This document shows, piece after piece, positions 1 to 11,201 of a stretch of 64,000 bases of DNA. Under the pieces are notes generated by a model. The model was not told the DNA's origin and did no database searches. It saw only the letters and a program-made list of their open reading frames with translations. The position numbers were made by a program, and so were the translations under genes. Source of the DNA: Octopus vulgaris. Lineage: Eukaryota. The DNA is taken from positions 34,906,001 to 34,970,000 of the forward strand of contig OX597818.1 of the NCBI GenBank assembly GCA_951406725.2. The letters are read 5' to 3'. Position 1 is the stretch's first letter, and each line of letters starts with the position of its first letter.

Positions 1-480
1 GCACACTCTTATATGTCCCATTCCCAATAAGTTAACCCCATTTCCAGTATCTCAAAAGTAATAGACAACAATCAAAAACAACTTTCTCCAACTTCTTGAA
101 CCTCCTTTGCTTCTTAATCACCATCAGTACAGTTGACATGATGCCACAACTGCTGGAAATTTACTGTTCTATGTTATTCACAAGTGAAATCTCATCCTTG
201 AGCAATGTAGAAATAGTAGTGTTGTTACCTTCAACTTCAACAAAATTTTTAGCCTTGTTAGGCTTGTAACTATCCTATCAAACTGCTATCCTATGCCCCA
301 TATCCACTTTTCACCTGATGGACTGGTGGTTTTCTTTCAAAGACTATATAGTCATGTGTTCTAATAAAGTTCTTTCTGACACCTTATCAATTTTGGTGTT
401 CTCCAGGGTTTGATTTTGGTCCCCATGCTCTTCCTCTTATACATCAATGATCCATTTACTGTCACTTGCAATAATGCCTA
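1..480 (+). mobile_element. Degenerate LINE reverse-transcriptase fragment (CR1/L2-like)
   Basis: ~395-452 reads GVLQGLILVPMLFLLYIND, matching the non-LTR RT motif GVPQGSxLGPxLFxxYIND; surrounding frames are broken. Confidence 0.6.
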
Positions 481-1735
481 CACATTTACAGAAACTTGTA
501 TCTGAACAACTGCAGCTGTTTTGGAAATATTTGATAAAATATATACGGTTGTGTTTAGTTTGATGTACATTCACTAGCAAGCACTTTATGAGCCTGCACT
601 CCACCACTAACATCAAAATATCAAACCTACCTTGCTACACACAAAAGAACTGCATTTGTTAAACAAATGGAGATAAATAAACACTATATACACACACACA
701 CACACAGAGAGATTTTATCTGCCAATATGTGAACATATATATATATATATATAAACACTACGCTCATTATTATATTAGGAGATATACACCAATACCCTTG
801 TATGCATATTTTTAAAGAAACTCTGGTAACAGTGAGGCTGCATTTACATTTTCATCTCAAAGAATTGTAATATGATACAACACTTCATTCTTACCTACCC
901 TTCTGCATCCAGATATCATCCATTTGTAACGTAGCCACTTCACATCAAATCTGCACTGACTCCATGAACAGAAGATCTTGGAAACTTCCTCCATTGGTGT
1001 CCTGCCAATCTTGTTTTATTCCTACCAAAAGGATACAATCAACACACATACCATTAAAGAATATTGCACCTCCTCATCTCCTAAACATGTTTACCACATA
1101 ATTAGAACCCTTAAGGTTGCTAAAAATGTCAAACTTTACCATCACTAACAATCTCTCCTGATTAATACACTCCCTCAAACACAGACTTCATCAATTGATT
1201 AATAGAAACTGTAGGAAGCCCATTTTGTGTGTGTTTACAATCTACTATGATGCTTTGCTGTGATTGAAATAAGAAAGTAAGCAAGCACATTGCTTGCTTC
1301 TGATATACAGAAAAAAGAAACCGTTTCACCATTTTATTAACAACTTCTCAAAGAAGACATACCCTGCTTCCTTCCCCAGTAAATATCACAGAACATTCAC
1401 CTGCTTTATAAAGCATTTGTAAATTAGGCTAGCACCATTGTGGATACCTTAATTCATTGTTTCCAAGTACTTCAACCTCCAACAACTATTAACTCTCTAC
1501 AAAGCTCAGGTAAAACTCACATTAGGTAACTGCTCCCTTATCTGGAATGTAGTTGCTTATACACAGAAGTCCTAGAACCCCACTTAAAAAAACAATTTAT
1601 ACAAAAATAAAATAGGTTGTTTTGAACCAGCACACTGTTGGTTTGGACAATGACAAGACACTGACAGTATAATGCATGTAAAGTCTGAATGTTTTGCCTC
1701 AGCGTTTCATTATATTATTCTTATTGTTATTGCAG

Positions 1736-1856
1736 TAATTACCCACAGAATCAGGAAGAGTGGGCTGAGCTGTTAAAACAACAACAAGTATTACATGAAA
1801 GTGAACTAGAACGATGGAGAGAAATTCTATCAGCGGCTGTTATATTAGTAGATCAA
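1736..1856 (+). CDS. GRAMD1: GRAMD1/Aster-like protein, penultimate coding exon (gene starts upstream of the window)
   Basis: tgcag| acceptor and |gtgagt donor. NYPQNQEEWAELLKQQQVLHESELERWREILSAAVILVDQ resembles the GRAMD1B C-terminal helix (PQSQTEWAQLLESQQKYHDTELQKWREIIKSSVMLLDQ, recalled from memory). Confidence 0.85.
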
Positions 1857-3199
1857 GTGAGTATTGAAGGATTTCATATGTCATACTGCCATCATTGTTT
1901 TAACGTACACCTTCCATGCTTGCATGAGTCAAATGGACTTTAAATAAGGCAGGTTTTCTATGGCCAAAACTGTTTCCAAGCAAGATAATATTTCCCAGCG
2001 GCCAGACATGTTTTCACAGTCTATTGGAAATGAATAACACTCTATATCATCATCATCATCATTTAATGTTTGTTTTCCAATGCTGGTATTGGTTGGACAG
2101 CTTGACAGGAGCTGGTAAGACAGGGGTTTACACCAGGTTCCATAGACTTTCTTGGCTAAGTTTCTGCAGCTGGATGCCCTCCTAATGCCAGCCATTTTAC
2201 AGAATGTACTGGGTGCTTTTTACATGGCACCATCACCAGTACTGTTAACCTGGCACCAGTATCACTGAATTTTTACATGGCACCAGCACCAGTGCTTTTT
2301 ACATGGGATCTCAGTTTTTAGATATCAATTCTGTTGTGGTGAGTAGGTCTTCTTGAGTGCATGCATGTGTATGTATATATAGGTTAGTAGAATTAGAGGT
2401 TGGAATAACTGTCTAAGGGATAAAAGCATCCATTATACTATCAGTATAATTACCTATTTTATCCCTGGTCATACATATGCAAGCATATTATGCTCATAGA
2501 TTACAGGTAATGACAAAGATAAATATGAGTTTATTAGGAATCAAATTTAAAGTAAACAGAAAATGGAGAAATATTGATAAGCAACAACTGACTTAAATCT
2601 ATTATTATTTTTTAATTCAATACAAATAGACTGCATTCCATCTAACAGCTGTTTCCGCTTCCAATGTTATATGGTATTGCCATTGATATGCTAAAAAATA
2701 ATATTCATCATATTTGGTAATAAAACCGATATGGAACATAGAGATTCATCAGAATGAAGGAAAATACATACATGAAAGAAAAGAAGAGCCTAGAGAGGAA
2801 AAGGAAAGGCTGAATATGTTTAAATCATACTATTTTGCTTATGTGTCTCTTATGGAGTGGTTGGTGTTAGGAAGTCCATCCAGTGGTAGAAATCAGACTG
2901 GAACCTGGTGCAGCTCTCCGGCTTACCAGTTCCAGTCAAACCATCTAGCTCATGGACAGCAGATGCTAAATGATGATGATGATGATATATCCCCCTCTCT
3001 CTTTCGGAGAGGCACTGAGCAGCTATACGCACACATACACACACGGCAGTAACTTCCACCTACCGAATTCAATCACAAAGCTCCGGTCGGCTCGGGGCTA
3101 TAGTGGAAGACACCTACCCAAAGTGCCACGCAGTGGGACTGAACCCGAAACCATGTAGCTAGGAAGCAAGCTCCCTAACCACACAGCCATGTCCGCGCC

Positions 3200-3232
<33 letters not shown>

Positions 3233-3236
<4 letters not shown>

Positions 3237-3411
3237 CGTAAAAAGCACCCAATCCACTCATGGAGTGGTTGGCGTTAGGAAGGGCATCCAGCCGTAGAAA
3301 CTCTGCCAGATTCAGACTGGAGCCTGGAGCGGCCCCTGGCTTCCCAGACCCGGTCGAACCGTCCAACCCGTGCTAGCACGGAAAGCGGACGTTAAACGAT
3401 GATGATGATGA

Positions 3412-3414
<3 letters not shown>
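3233..3414 (+). mobile_element. 5'-truncated RTE LINE 3' tail inserted in (TA)n
   Basis: ggcacgtaaaaagcacc...ggttggcgttaggaagggcatccagcc...gttaaac(gat)n, same as the 3'UTR of the LINE at 18393-20620. Similar tails at ~2045-2305(-) and 2851-2985(+). Confidence 0.75.
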
Positions 3415-3477
<63 letters not shown>

Positions 3478-5047
3478 GTTTTGTAATATGATGTCAAAAT
3501 TTTCATCACTCAAAACTGCAATTTTATCACTGACAAAAAGTTTGCTGCATCATTTTTTGCCAGTAATGAAGTTGTAGTTTTGAGTGATGAAAATTTTAAG
3601 CACCATATTACAAATTAATCTTTAAGTCTTTGTGTGTTTCTGAATGGTTAATTCATGTCTTCCACATCGCAATTACTTTAGTTTCAGGACATGATTTCAG
3701 ATCAAAACACTTACCATGCAAGTACATCTCCATAATTGCAATAGGTTTAGCCAGGCTACCAAAATTCTGAGGTAAACCATTACTTGTTGCCTGGGAAAGG
3801 TAACAGCTATGCAACAGTTTCACTGAGAATTCACCCAAAGAGGATTTATCGAACAGTCAAAAAAACTTAATCTGCATATATACATGTGTGCATGCGTGGG
3901 CATGCATACGTGCTTGCATATGTACACACACACACACACACAGAGCACAGGCTACCATATATAGTTTCTACCTATCAAGAATTCTCTTTACATGACATTG
4001 CTTGACCAAAGGCTGTAGTAGGAGACATCCAAGTTGCCATACAGCAGGACGGATCCTGAAACCACGTGGTTACAAAGCTAACTCTGTATCCACGTAGCCA
4101 TCCCTGCACCTATAATAATGAGCAACGTGTATGTGTGTGTGTGTGTGTACATATGCACACGTACACTTGCATGCACACATACCTATAAACATATCTACAT
4201 TTGTGTGTGTTGTGTGTGTATTGAGTGTCACAGCTGGTGAAGTCAACAAGATGTCAAACTAACTGGCACATTAAATGTATTGAATGCTTTGTGGTGTCTA
4301 TAATAAAAAAAAATTTCATTTTTAATGACTTTAGCTCCAATGGCTCTTGAAATAGTATCATCATTTGTTCTGCTCATTAGTGCTATGAAATTAATGAGTT
4401 GGTTTATCTAGCAGTGTTGAATTGAACTCTTGTATCCATGACTTGCCAAAGGATGGATTCTGTCATACTCACTTGTCCTAGGTGTTCTATATGAAGACAC
4501 ATGATAGCTTATAGTAAGGGTCACCGATCATCATCATTTCACAGGGGGCTGCACGGAAAGAATAAACTTTAAAATTCTATTTCTATTTTATTGACTATAA
4601 CAATCTGCAGAATATTTTTGCATTATATATGTAATAAATTAAACTACTTATTATGCAGTTTATTGTGCTCTGTTATGCATATGGTCCCTCAGTCCATAAA
4701 GAAATTATATATATCAGCGATAGAGGCAATATTAATACTAGAGGTAATATTATGCCTCTCAGTAATATTGCGTCCAGGAAGGGAACTTTCTAGGTGCAAT
4801 TCCAGGCAAGGTTGTTTGTGGAAGACCAGCAGTCGCCCATGCATACCAGTCTCCCCTCTCTATGCCACTAATATTATCCAAGGGAAAGGCAATGGCTGAT
4901 ACAGCTTGGTACCAGTGATGTTGCGACTCATTTCTTCAAGAGGTAATGTCTATTCCCACTTAAACATGGATGCTCAGTTAGCACAAACTTTACCATGAGA
5001 GAAACTCTCATATAGGCTTTTGGGGCAAAATGCATGCTTGCAATGTA

Positions 5048-5465
5048 GGCGTAGGAGTCGCTGTGTGGTAAGTAGCTTGCTTACGAACCACATGGTTCCG
5101 GGTTCAGTCCCACTGCATGGCACCTTAGGCAAGTGTCTTCTACCATAGCCTCTGGCCAACCAAAGCCTTGTGAGTGGGTTTGGTAGATGGAAACTGAAAG
5201 AAGCCCATCGTATATATGTATATATATTTATATATATATATATATGTGGATGCGTGTGTATATGTTTGTGTGTCTGTTTGTCCCCCCAACTTGGCTTGAC
5301 AACCGATGCTGGTGTGTTTACGTCCCCATAACTTAGCAGTTCGGTAAAAAAGACTGATAGAATAAATACTAGGCTTACAAAGAATAAGTCCTGGGGTCGA
5401 TTTGCTCGACTAAAGGCGGTGCTCCAGCATGGCTGCTGTCACATGACTGAAACAAGTAAAAGAGT
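5048..5465 (+). mobile_element. tRNA-derived SINE family B (CORE-like motif, internal TA/TG microsatellite), full length
   Basis: A-box-like and B-box-like (ggttcagtcc) head, ccttaggcaagt CORE-like motif, gtaaaagag tail, 6-bp TSD aatgta (5042-5047 / 5466-5471); many copies in the window. Confidence 0.8.
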
Positions 5466-5723
5466 AATGTAAACATGTATGCATTTTGCACCAAAAACCC
5501 ATATGAGAGTTTCTCTCATGGTATCTACCACAGTATAGTTTGTTCTAACAGAACATCCACATGTAAGTGGGAATAGATAGAAAATTTGTCTTGCATGAAA
5601 CTAGTCTGTGGTGCAAATAAGATTGTAGTGGGAATGGGGGTGCATTGATTTATAGGATATGCAATAAATTATCAAAGTCATTATGAACCCTCGTCTTTAT
5701 ATTTTTTTTTTCTTTTCTTTCAG

Positions 5724-5783
5724 GTTAAATTATCATTATCACAACTGCAGGAAACATTACAACATCGGCACCAGAGTAGATGA
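5724..5783 (+). CDS. GRAMD1: GRAMD1/Aster-like protein, last coding exon (VKLSLSQLQETLQHRHQSR*)
   Basis: Long polypyrimidine tract plus cag acceptor; phase 0 fits the previous exon; TGA at 5781-5783; resembles GRAMD1B MKDSLINLQ; followed by ~1.6 kb of repeat-poor probable 3'UTR. Confidence 0.8.
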   Translation, partial: VKLSLSQLQETLQHRHQSR

Positions 5784-7599
5784 TGACAAGAACGACTAGG
5801 GGGTGGGGAGGAGATACTGCTTTCTGCATTGCCGTTGACCATTTCAACTCATACATCACATCAGGTCTAAGTAAGACTCTGCTGGACATCCTCTCATGAA
5901 TTTCACTGAAACAACCAAAGGAATTATTTTATGTGCTTGTTTCTTCACTCCTTCCTCTCTCCTGCTTCTGACATCCAGCCTCTTTATTTAAAGTTGAGGA
6001 GAATTACAAAACAAAATCATAAATTCTTTTTTTTTTTTCCTTTTTTTTTTTTTTCTTCTTTACATCTCCTTCCTTGGTCTTGAAATTATTTGCTGAAAAC
6101 AGTTACTTCTGACCTGACTTGAAAATATATATATATATAAAACTTACTGTGACCAGGACTTAGACACAACTTGGCGTGCAATCCTAAGTGAAGAATCACT
6201 CTTTATCTTTGAAATTAGACTTATGGTAAAAAGGGTTTTGGGGTTTCTAGGGACAACAGCAACTACCATCAATCTTGGATTTAAACATTTATAGCAGACT
6301 TGCTTTTCCAAATTTAAACTAAAATGAAAAAGAAAACTTTCAAAATGAAGGAAAACATGTTATTTTAGTTTACTATTAAAATCCTAATTATTTATTGAAA
6401 AATTATAAAAACCAGAATCAAAATATTAAATTTTTATTTCATATACTTATATGTATGCATATATAATTTGGAAATGTCAGTCGTCCTTTCTCTCACATTT
6501 CTCTCTCTCTCAGTATTCTACCTCCATATCATTCTTACTGCTTCATCATTCACATTTTTTAAGTTAATTTAGTGAACATTTTTTGAACATTATAATTAAT
6601 AATTCTGCTACTAATAATAATAACAACAACAACAGTAATAACATACTAGTTTTTCTAATTAGTGTAGCAGACCTTCTCAAAAAGAAATGAAACAAGATTA
6701 GTCAATAATGAAACTTTCAGACCACCCATACATATCTACACAACTCTAACCCTGCCCCCCACTCCAGACTTTGATTTCTTGTTATCTCTCAAAGTAGTTT
6801 CCATTAAATGAAAATGAAATTTTTCATGATGTTGAAGTGAGATATATGCATGGTAGTTTTAAATCTATATTGATAAGAGTTATGTTTGTTTGTCTTGAAA
6901 CAATGTCATTTCTCAACAAATCTCTTCCAAATTTGCTCACGAAAACAAAGTCACCCCAGAATAATACACAAAGAAAAAAAAAATCATGGGTTCATGGTCA
7001 TTTTGGGTTAAAACGGAGAGGATTCAAGAAAAGGGCTGCTGAAATACTGATAGTTGTAATGGAGTTGGTAATAGAGTAAGAATGTCAGTGTGAGGTAGAG
7101 AAATGTCAATTTATGATGATGAACTCTGCGTTTCTTTCTCCTTCAGTTTTTCTTGTGTTTTTTTTCTCTCTTGAGCTTTCCCATTCTTTCCCATGTTTGT
7201 CATCCACACATACACAGACACACACTTTTTCACTGCTCTCCATTACACAGCAATACATAGTATGTATTGGAACTCTATAGTTATTAAAGCTGATCATTTA
7301 AAAATTGTATCTTTTAAAAGGTTAGTATGAGACTTCAGATGCCATGGAAAGCAGAGAATTGTATGTCCTTTAACTGTCTGACATTTAAATTTCTGTATAG
7401 TTATAAAATATTCAGGGTTTAAGTTTTATGAATAGGATGTTTCTCTCTCTCTTTCTCTCTCTCACACACACACATACGCATCTTGTGTCTTGGGAGGGTC
7501 ATTATGCCAACAATAATGGCACATGCACTGGTCCAATATCACTTCTTTTTTGCTAGTCAGTTGGTTAAATATAACAACCAACTAATTGGTCATTTATAA

Positions 7600-8110
7600 A
7601 CACTATATATTTATAGTGCTCCCAGTTATGGTCGCCATATAGTGCCAAACTAACTGGGGCTTGAAGCAGTCCAAAACCACTACACTAAAAAGATTGAAAC
7701 AGTGCAGTGGATGAGCTACAGGGATAGGCTGAGAAAACTGAAACTTTATTCCCTGGAGCAAAGGCGTGAGAGATATGCTCTAATTCACATATGGAAAATT
7801 CTAGAAGAGCTAGTACCTGATTTCAGCATTGAGTATTATACAAATGCCAGAACTGGCCACTATTGTATTGTACCAAAGGTACCATCCACGCCATCTAAAT
7901 TCAGGACCAGGTTCTGCAATAGTTTCAGGTTCAAAGGTGCACAGCTCTTCAGTGCTCTGCCACAAAAATTAAGAAATCTACATAAGGTGGAAGTAAATGT
8001 CTTCAAAACGAAACTAGACATCCTCCTCTACACAATACTGGATGAACCAGCAGACTGACATGAGGTACGGATGAAGGCAGCGGAATCAAACTCCCTTATA
8101 CGCTAAATGG
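7600..8110 (+). mobile_element. CR1-clade LINE ORF2 C-terminal fragment
   Basis: ORF 7702-8058 (MSYRDRLRKLKLYSLEQRRERYALIHIWKIL...) matches the CR1 C-terminal YEERLxxLxLxSLExRRxR pattern; a WSPY motif lies upstream. Confidence 0.75.
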
Positions 8111-8262
8111 GTCAACAGCTGGGATGAAGGCACATACAAGAGTGGTGATGTGAAACACCACAGACTGAGGAAATCAAGAAGACCGTGGTGGTGCCCCAGC
8201 ATGACTGCAGTTGCATGGCTGTAACAAGTAAAAGGATAAAAGTGTGTGTGTGTATATATATC

Positions 8263-8646
8263 TGTTCGTGGCCGTTGCCAGCCTCGCCTGGCCCCCGTGC
8301 TGGTGGCACGTAAAAAGCACCATCCGTTTGTAGCCGTTGCCAGCGCAGCCCCGACTGGCCTCGTGCCGGTGGCACATAAAAAGCACCATCCGTTCGTGGC
8401 CGTTGCCAGCCTCGCCTGGCCCCCGTGCCGGTGGCACATAAAAAGCACCATCCAATCGTGGCCGTTTGCCAAACTCGTCTGGCACGTAAAAAGCACCCAC
8501 TACACTCATGGAGTTGTTGGCGTTAGGAAGGGCATCCAGCCGTAGAAACATTGCCAGATCAAACTGGGCCTGGTGCAGCCTTCTGGCTTCCCAGTTGAAC
8601 CGTCCAACCCATGCTAGCATGGAAAGCGGACGCTAAACGATGATGA

Positions 8647-8650
<4 letters not shown>
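8263..8650 (+). mobile_element. RTE LINE 3'UTR copy with ~4 tandem ~60-nt modules and a (GAT)n tail
   Basis: Repeated ggcacRtaaaaagcacc...gccag..ctggc..gtgccggt units, then the aggaagggcatccag block and a gat tail. Confidence 0.8.
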
Positions 8651-8694
<44 letters not shown>

Positions 8695-8890
8695 CTTTTA
8701 TTTGTTTCAGTCATTTAACTGCAGCTATGCTGGAGCACTGCCTTTAGTCGAGCAAATCAACCCCAGAATTTATCAGTCTCTTTTGCTGAACTGCTAAGTT
8801 ATGCGGACATAAACACAACAGCATCAGTTGTCAAGCGATGTTGGCGGGGGGAGAAACAAACACACACACACACACACACATAAACATATA

Positions 8891-9468
8891 CACAGACATG
8901 CAGGAAGTAAATAGACATCTTTAATTTTCAAAATCTTTTATTTGATATTAATTGGTTGAAGGAGAGGTTTTCTTATAGCTGCTCATCCATAATGCCCAAG
9001 TTTTTGCAGATATGTAACACACGTTCTTGGACTAACTTCTAACTGTTTTGCAATGCCAGAAGCCTTCGAACAGGGTTCGTTTTTCACAATTCTCTTCAAA
9101 CAGTGAAGCTTCCTTTCCAAGGACCCAGGTCAGCTGGGACATGAATCTCTTGATTCTTTCCCTTGGCTTTTGAATTGCACTATAATTCTATTAACAGTAG
9201 CAAGAGAAATTTGAAGATTTTCGGCAATTTTTCGCTGGCTGAGACCAGCCTCAGATTGCCCAACAATATGACCTCTTTGAAAATCTAACAGATCTGCTGA
9301 ATTTTTTGTGCATGGCATGGTTACTCTTCGCAAATGTTTAATATAATGGCACCTGGAATGAAAAAGAATAATCACATTGTAAATTCTACATTGCTGAAAG
9401 CATATTAAGACATTTAGATCAGAAATTTTGAAAATTAAAGGTGTCTATTTACTTCTTGCATGTCTGTG
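8891..9468 (-). mobile_element. Internally deleted Tc1-family DNA transposon
   Basis: ~44-bp TIRs (cacagacatgcaggaagtaaatagacatctttaattttcaaaat and its reverse complement ending at 9468) flanked by TA. Encodes a Tc1-type paired HTH ([46 protein letters not shown], 9318->9130); no DDE domain. Confidence 0.85.
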
Positions 9469-9480
9469 TACATATATTAT

Positions 9481-9833
9481 ATCTATCTATATGTCTGTGT
9501 GCATGTCCTTTATACAAATCCACAATTTTTCAGTTAGAGGACTTACACTTTCTATGGTCATTCAAAACCGTCCAAGGGTGGTCGTGCACATCTTTACATT
9601 TCCCCAGTCATTCCGCAACGCCATTAAAAAATCAATAGAAGTGACTATTTTTGTGAATTTTCTATCCGAAACCCAATCAAAATGGCTGAAATTTGATATG
9701 CCAATTGAATGCCAGCTAGCTGTATGTGATTGGTTGGAGATTTGGACAGTACTCGCATGTATGTGTGCATGCACACAGCTGTATATGTATGCACTAGCAG
9801 TATGACCCGGTGTTGCCGGGTCATAGTGCTAGT
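9481..9833 (+). mobile_element. Probable non-autonomous Helitron
   Basis: Starts A|TC and ends in a GC-rich hairpin (acccgg-tgttg-ccgggt) followed shortly by CTAG|T (9829-9833), the canonical Helitron termini. Confidence 0.5.
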
Positions 9834-9834
9834 A

Positions 9835-10091
9835 TATATATAATAAAAATGGTAAGACAACAAAGGAATGAAAGAGACCTCGATATTTTGTAAATAGAGG
9901 AATTTATCTGTAAATGTAATATGTGGCAATTATTCGGTAGCCATGATAAAACTCCGAGTTTTGGTCATTTTCATAGTATTTTTCCAATGGCCGGATAACT
10001 GAAGAGATGCCAGCGTGGATTTCCACCTCGGCATCCAAAACTCGGAGTTTTATCATGGCTACGAAATAATTATCACATATTACATTTGCAG

Positions 10092-10095
<4 letters not shown>
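9835..10095 (+). mobile_element. Penelope-like end fragment with a ~60-bp inverted repeat and a hammerhead-like motif
   Basis: IR arms at 9905-9964 and 10035-10095; degenerate type I hammerhead at 9994-10054; inserted in (TA)n. Confidence 0.5.
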
Positions 10096-10140
<45 letters not shown>

Positions 10141-11201
10141 CAATGAGCTTCTTTCAGTTTCCGTCTACCAAATCCACTCACAATGCTTTGGTCAGCCTGA
10201 GGCTATAGTAGAAGACACTTGCCCAAGGTGCCACACAGTGAGACTGAACCTGGAACCATGTGATTGGTGAACAAGCTATTTACCACACAGCCACTCCTGC
10301 TCCTATATATATACACACACACACAAACACATGTACAAGTGATTGCAGATATAGACAAATGCATATACACACATATGTGGGCATGCACACAACATCATTC
10401 TTCCAATATCTCTCTACTAAATGCACTTGGAAGGTTTTGATCAAACTGGGTCTATGGTAGATGTCCAAGCTATCACACAGTAGGAGTGAACCTGAAACCA
10501 CATGGAGGCTAATTTCTTGTCCATACTAAATACATCAGAAGAGAGTGCTGCATGTGTTAAGCCCTGTTCATACAACCAAACATTCGTTTGGTTGTTTGAA
10601 CAGGGCTTACACATGCATCCAACCATAGAAAATCTGCCTCAGCGAATTCTGTTTCACCTATGAAAACATGGAAAAGTGGATGTTGAAATGATGACGATGA
10701 TGGTGATGATATATATTTATAAGATAGAAAAAGAGAGAGAGCAGAGCAAAAGAGATATTTAGATGTAGTTGTACCAATATCCTTAGTTATACGACTAAGG
10801 TGTCTGCAAATCCAAAGTAAATAGTCAGTGCTTTTGAAGGCTAAAATATCACACACACACACACACACATACTTCTGTGATTAGCTCGTTCACTCTTTTT
10901 CAGGGGAAAGGTATGTGGGTAGTCCTTTCCTTTTTTTAATCTGTATTATTACGGACAAGTAAGTAATTAACTTTCATGTATTTAATAATCTCTCTCTCTC
11001 TTTCTCTCTCTGTTGACTTGACATTTTGTGTATCGTTAATACAGACTGAATGACAATCATGTTTATTAATTTTATCCTATTTATGATGATGATGAAACTG
11101 TTCAAGAGATGGAAGACATTGCGAAAAAATTATAATGGTTTTCAGTTCAAATCAGGAAAGAGAGATAGAAAGAAAGCGGGTAGATAGGAAATAAAGGTGA
11201 A

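Larger units (their letters stand above)
8690..10303 (-). mobile_element. SINE family B split by ~1.25 kb of nested insertions
   Basis: 3' half at ~8690-8880 and tRNA-like 5' half at ~10141-10303, same strand and collinear with intact copies. Confidence 0.7.

Noticed and set aside
8263-8500. CRISPR-like repeat/spacer appearance
   Set aside because: Eukaryotic context, no cas genes, and the 'spacers' are homologous to each other; this is a LINE 3'UTR tandem array
8086-8620. ORFs of 87-148 aa with repeated peptides, and similar ORFs at 31756-32451, 39083-39549 and 57176-57559
   Set aside because: Read-through of GC-rich LINE 3'UTR modules; no protein-family signature
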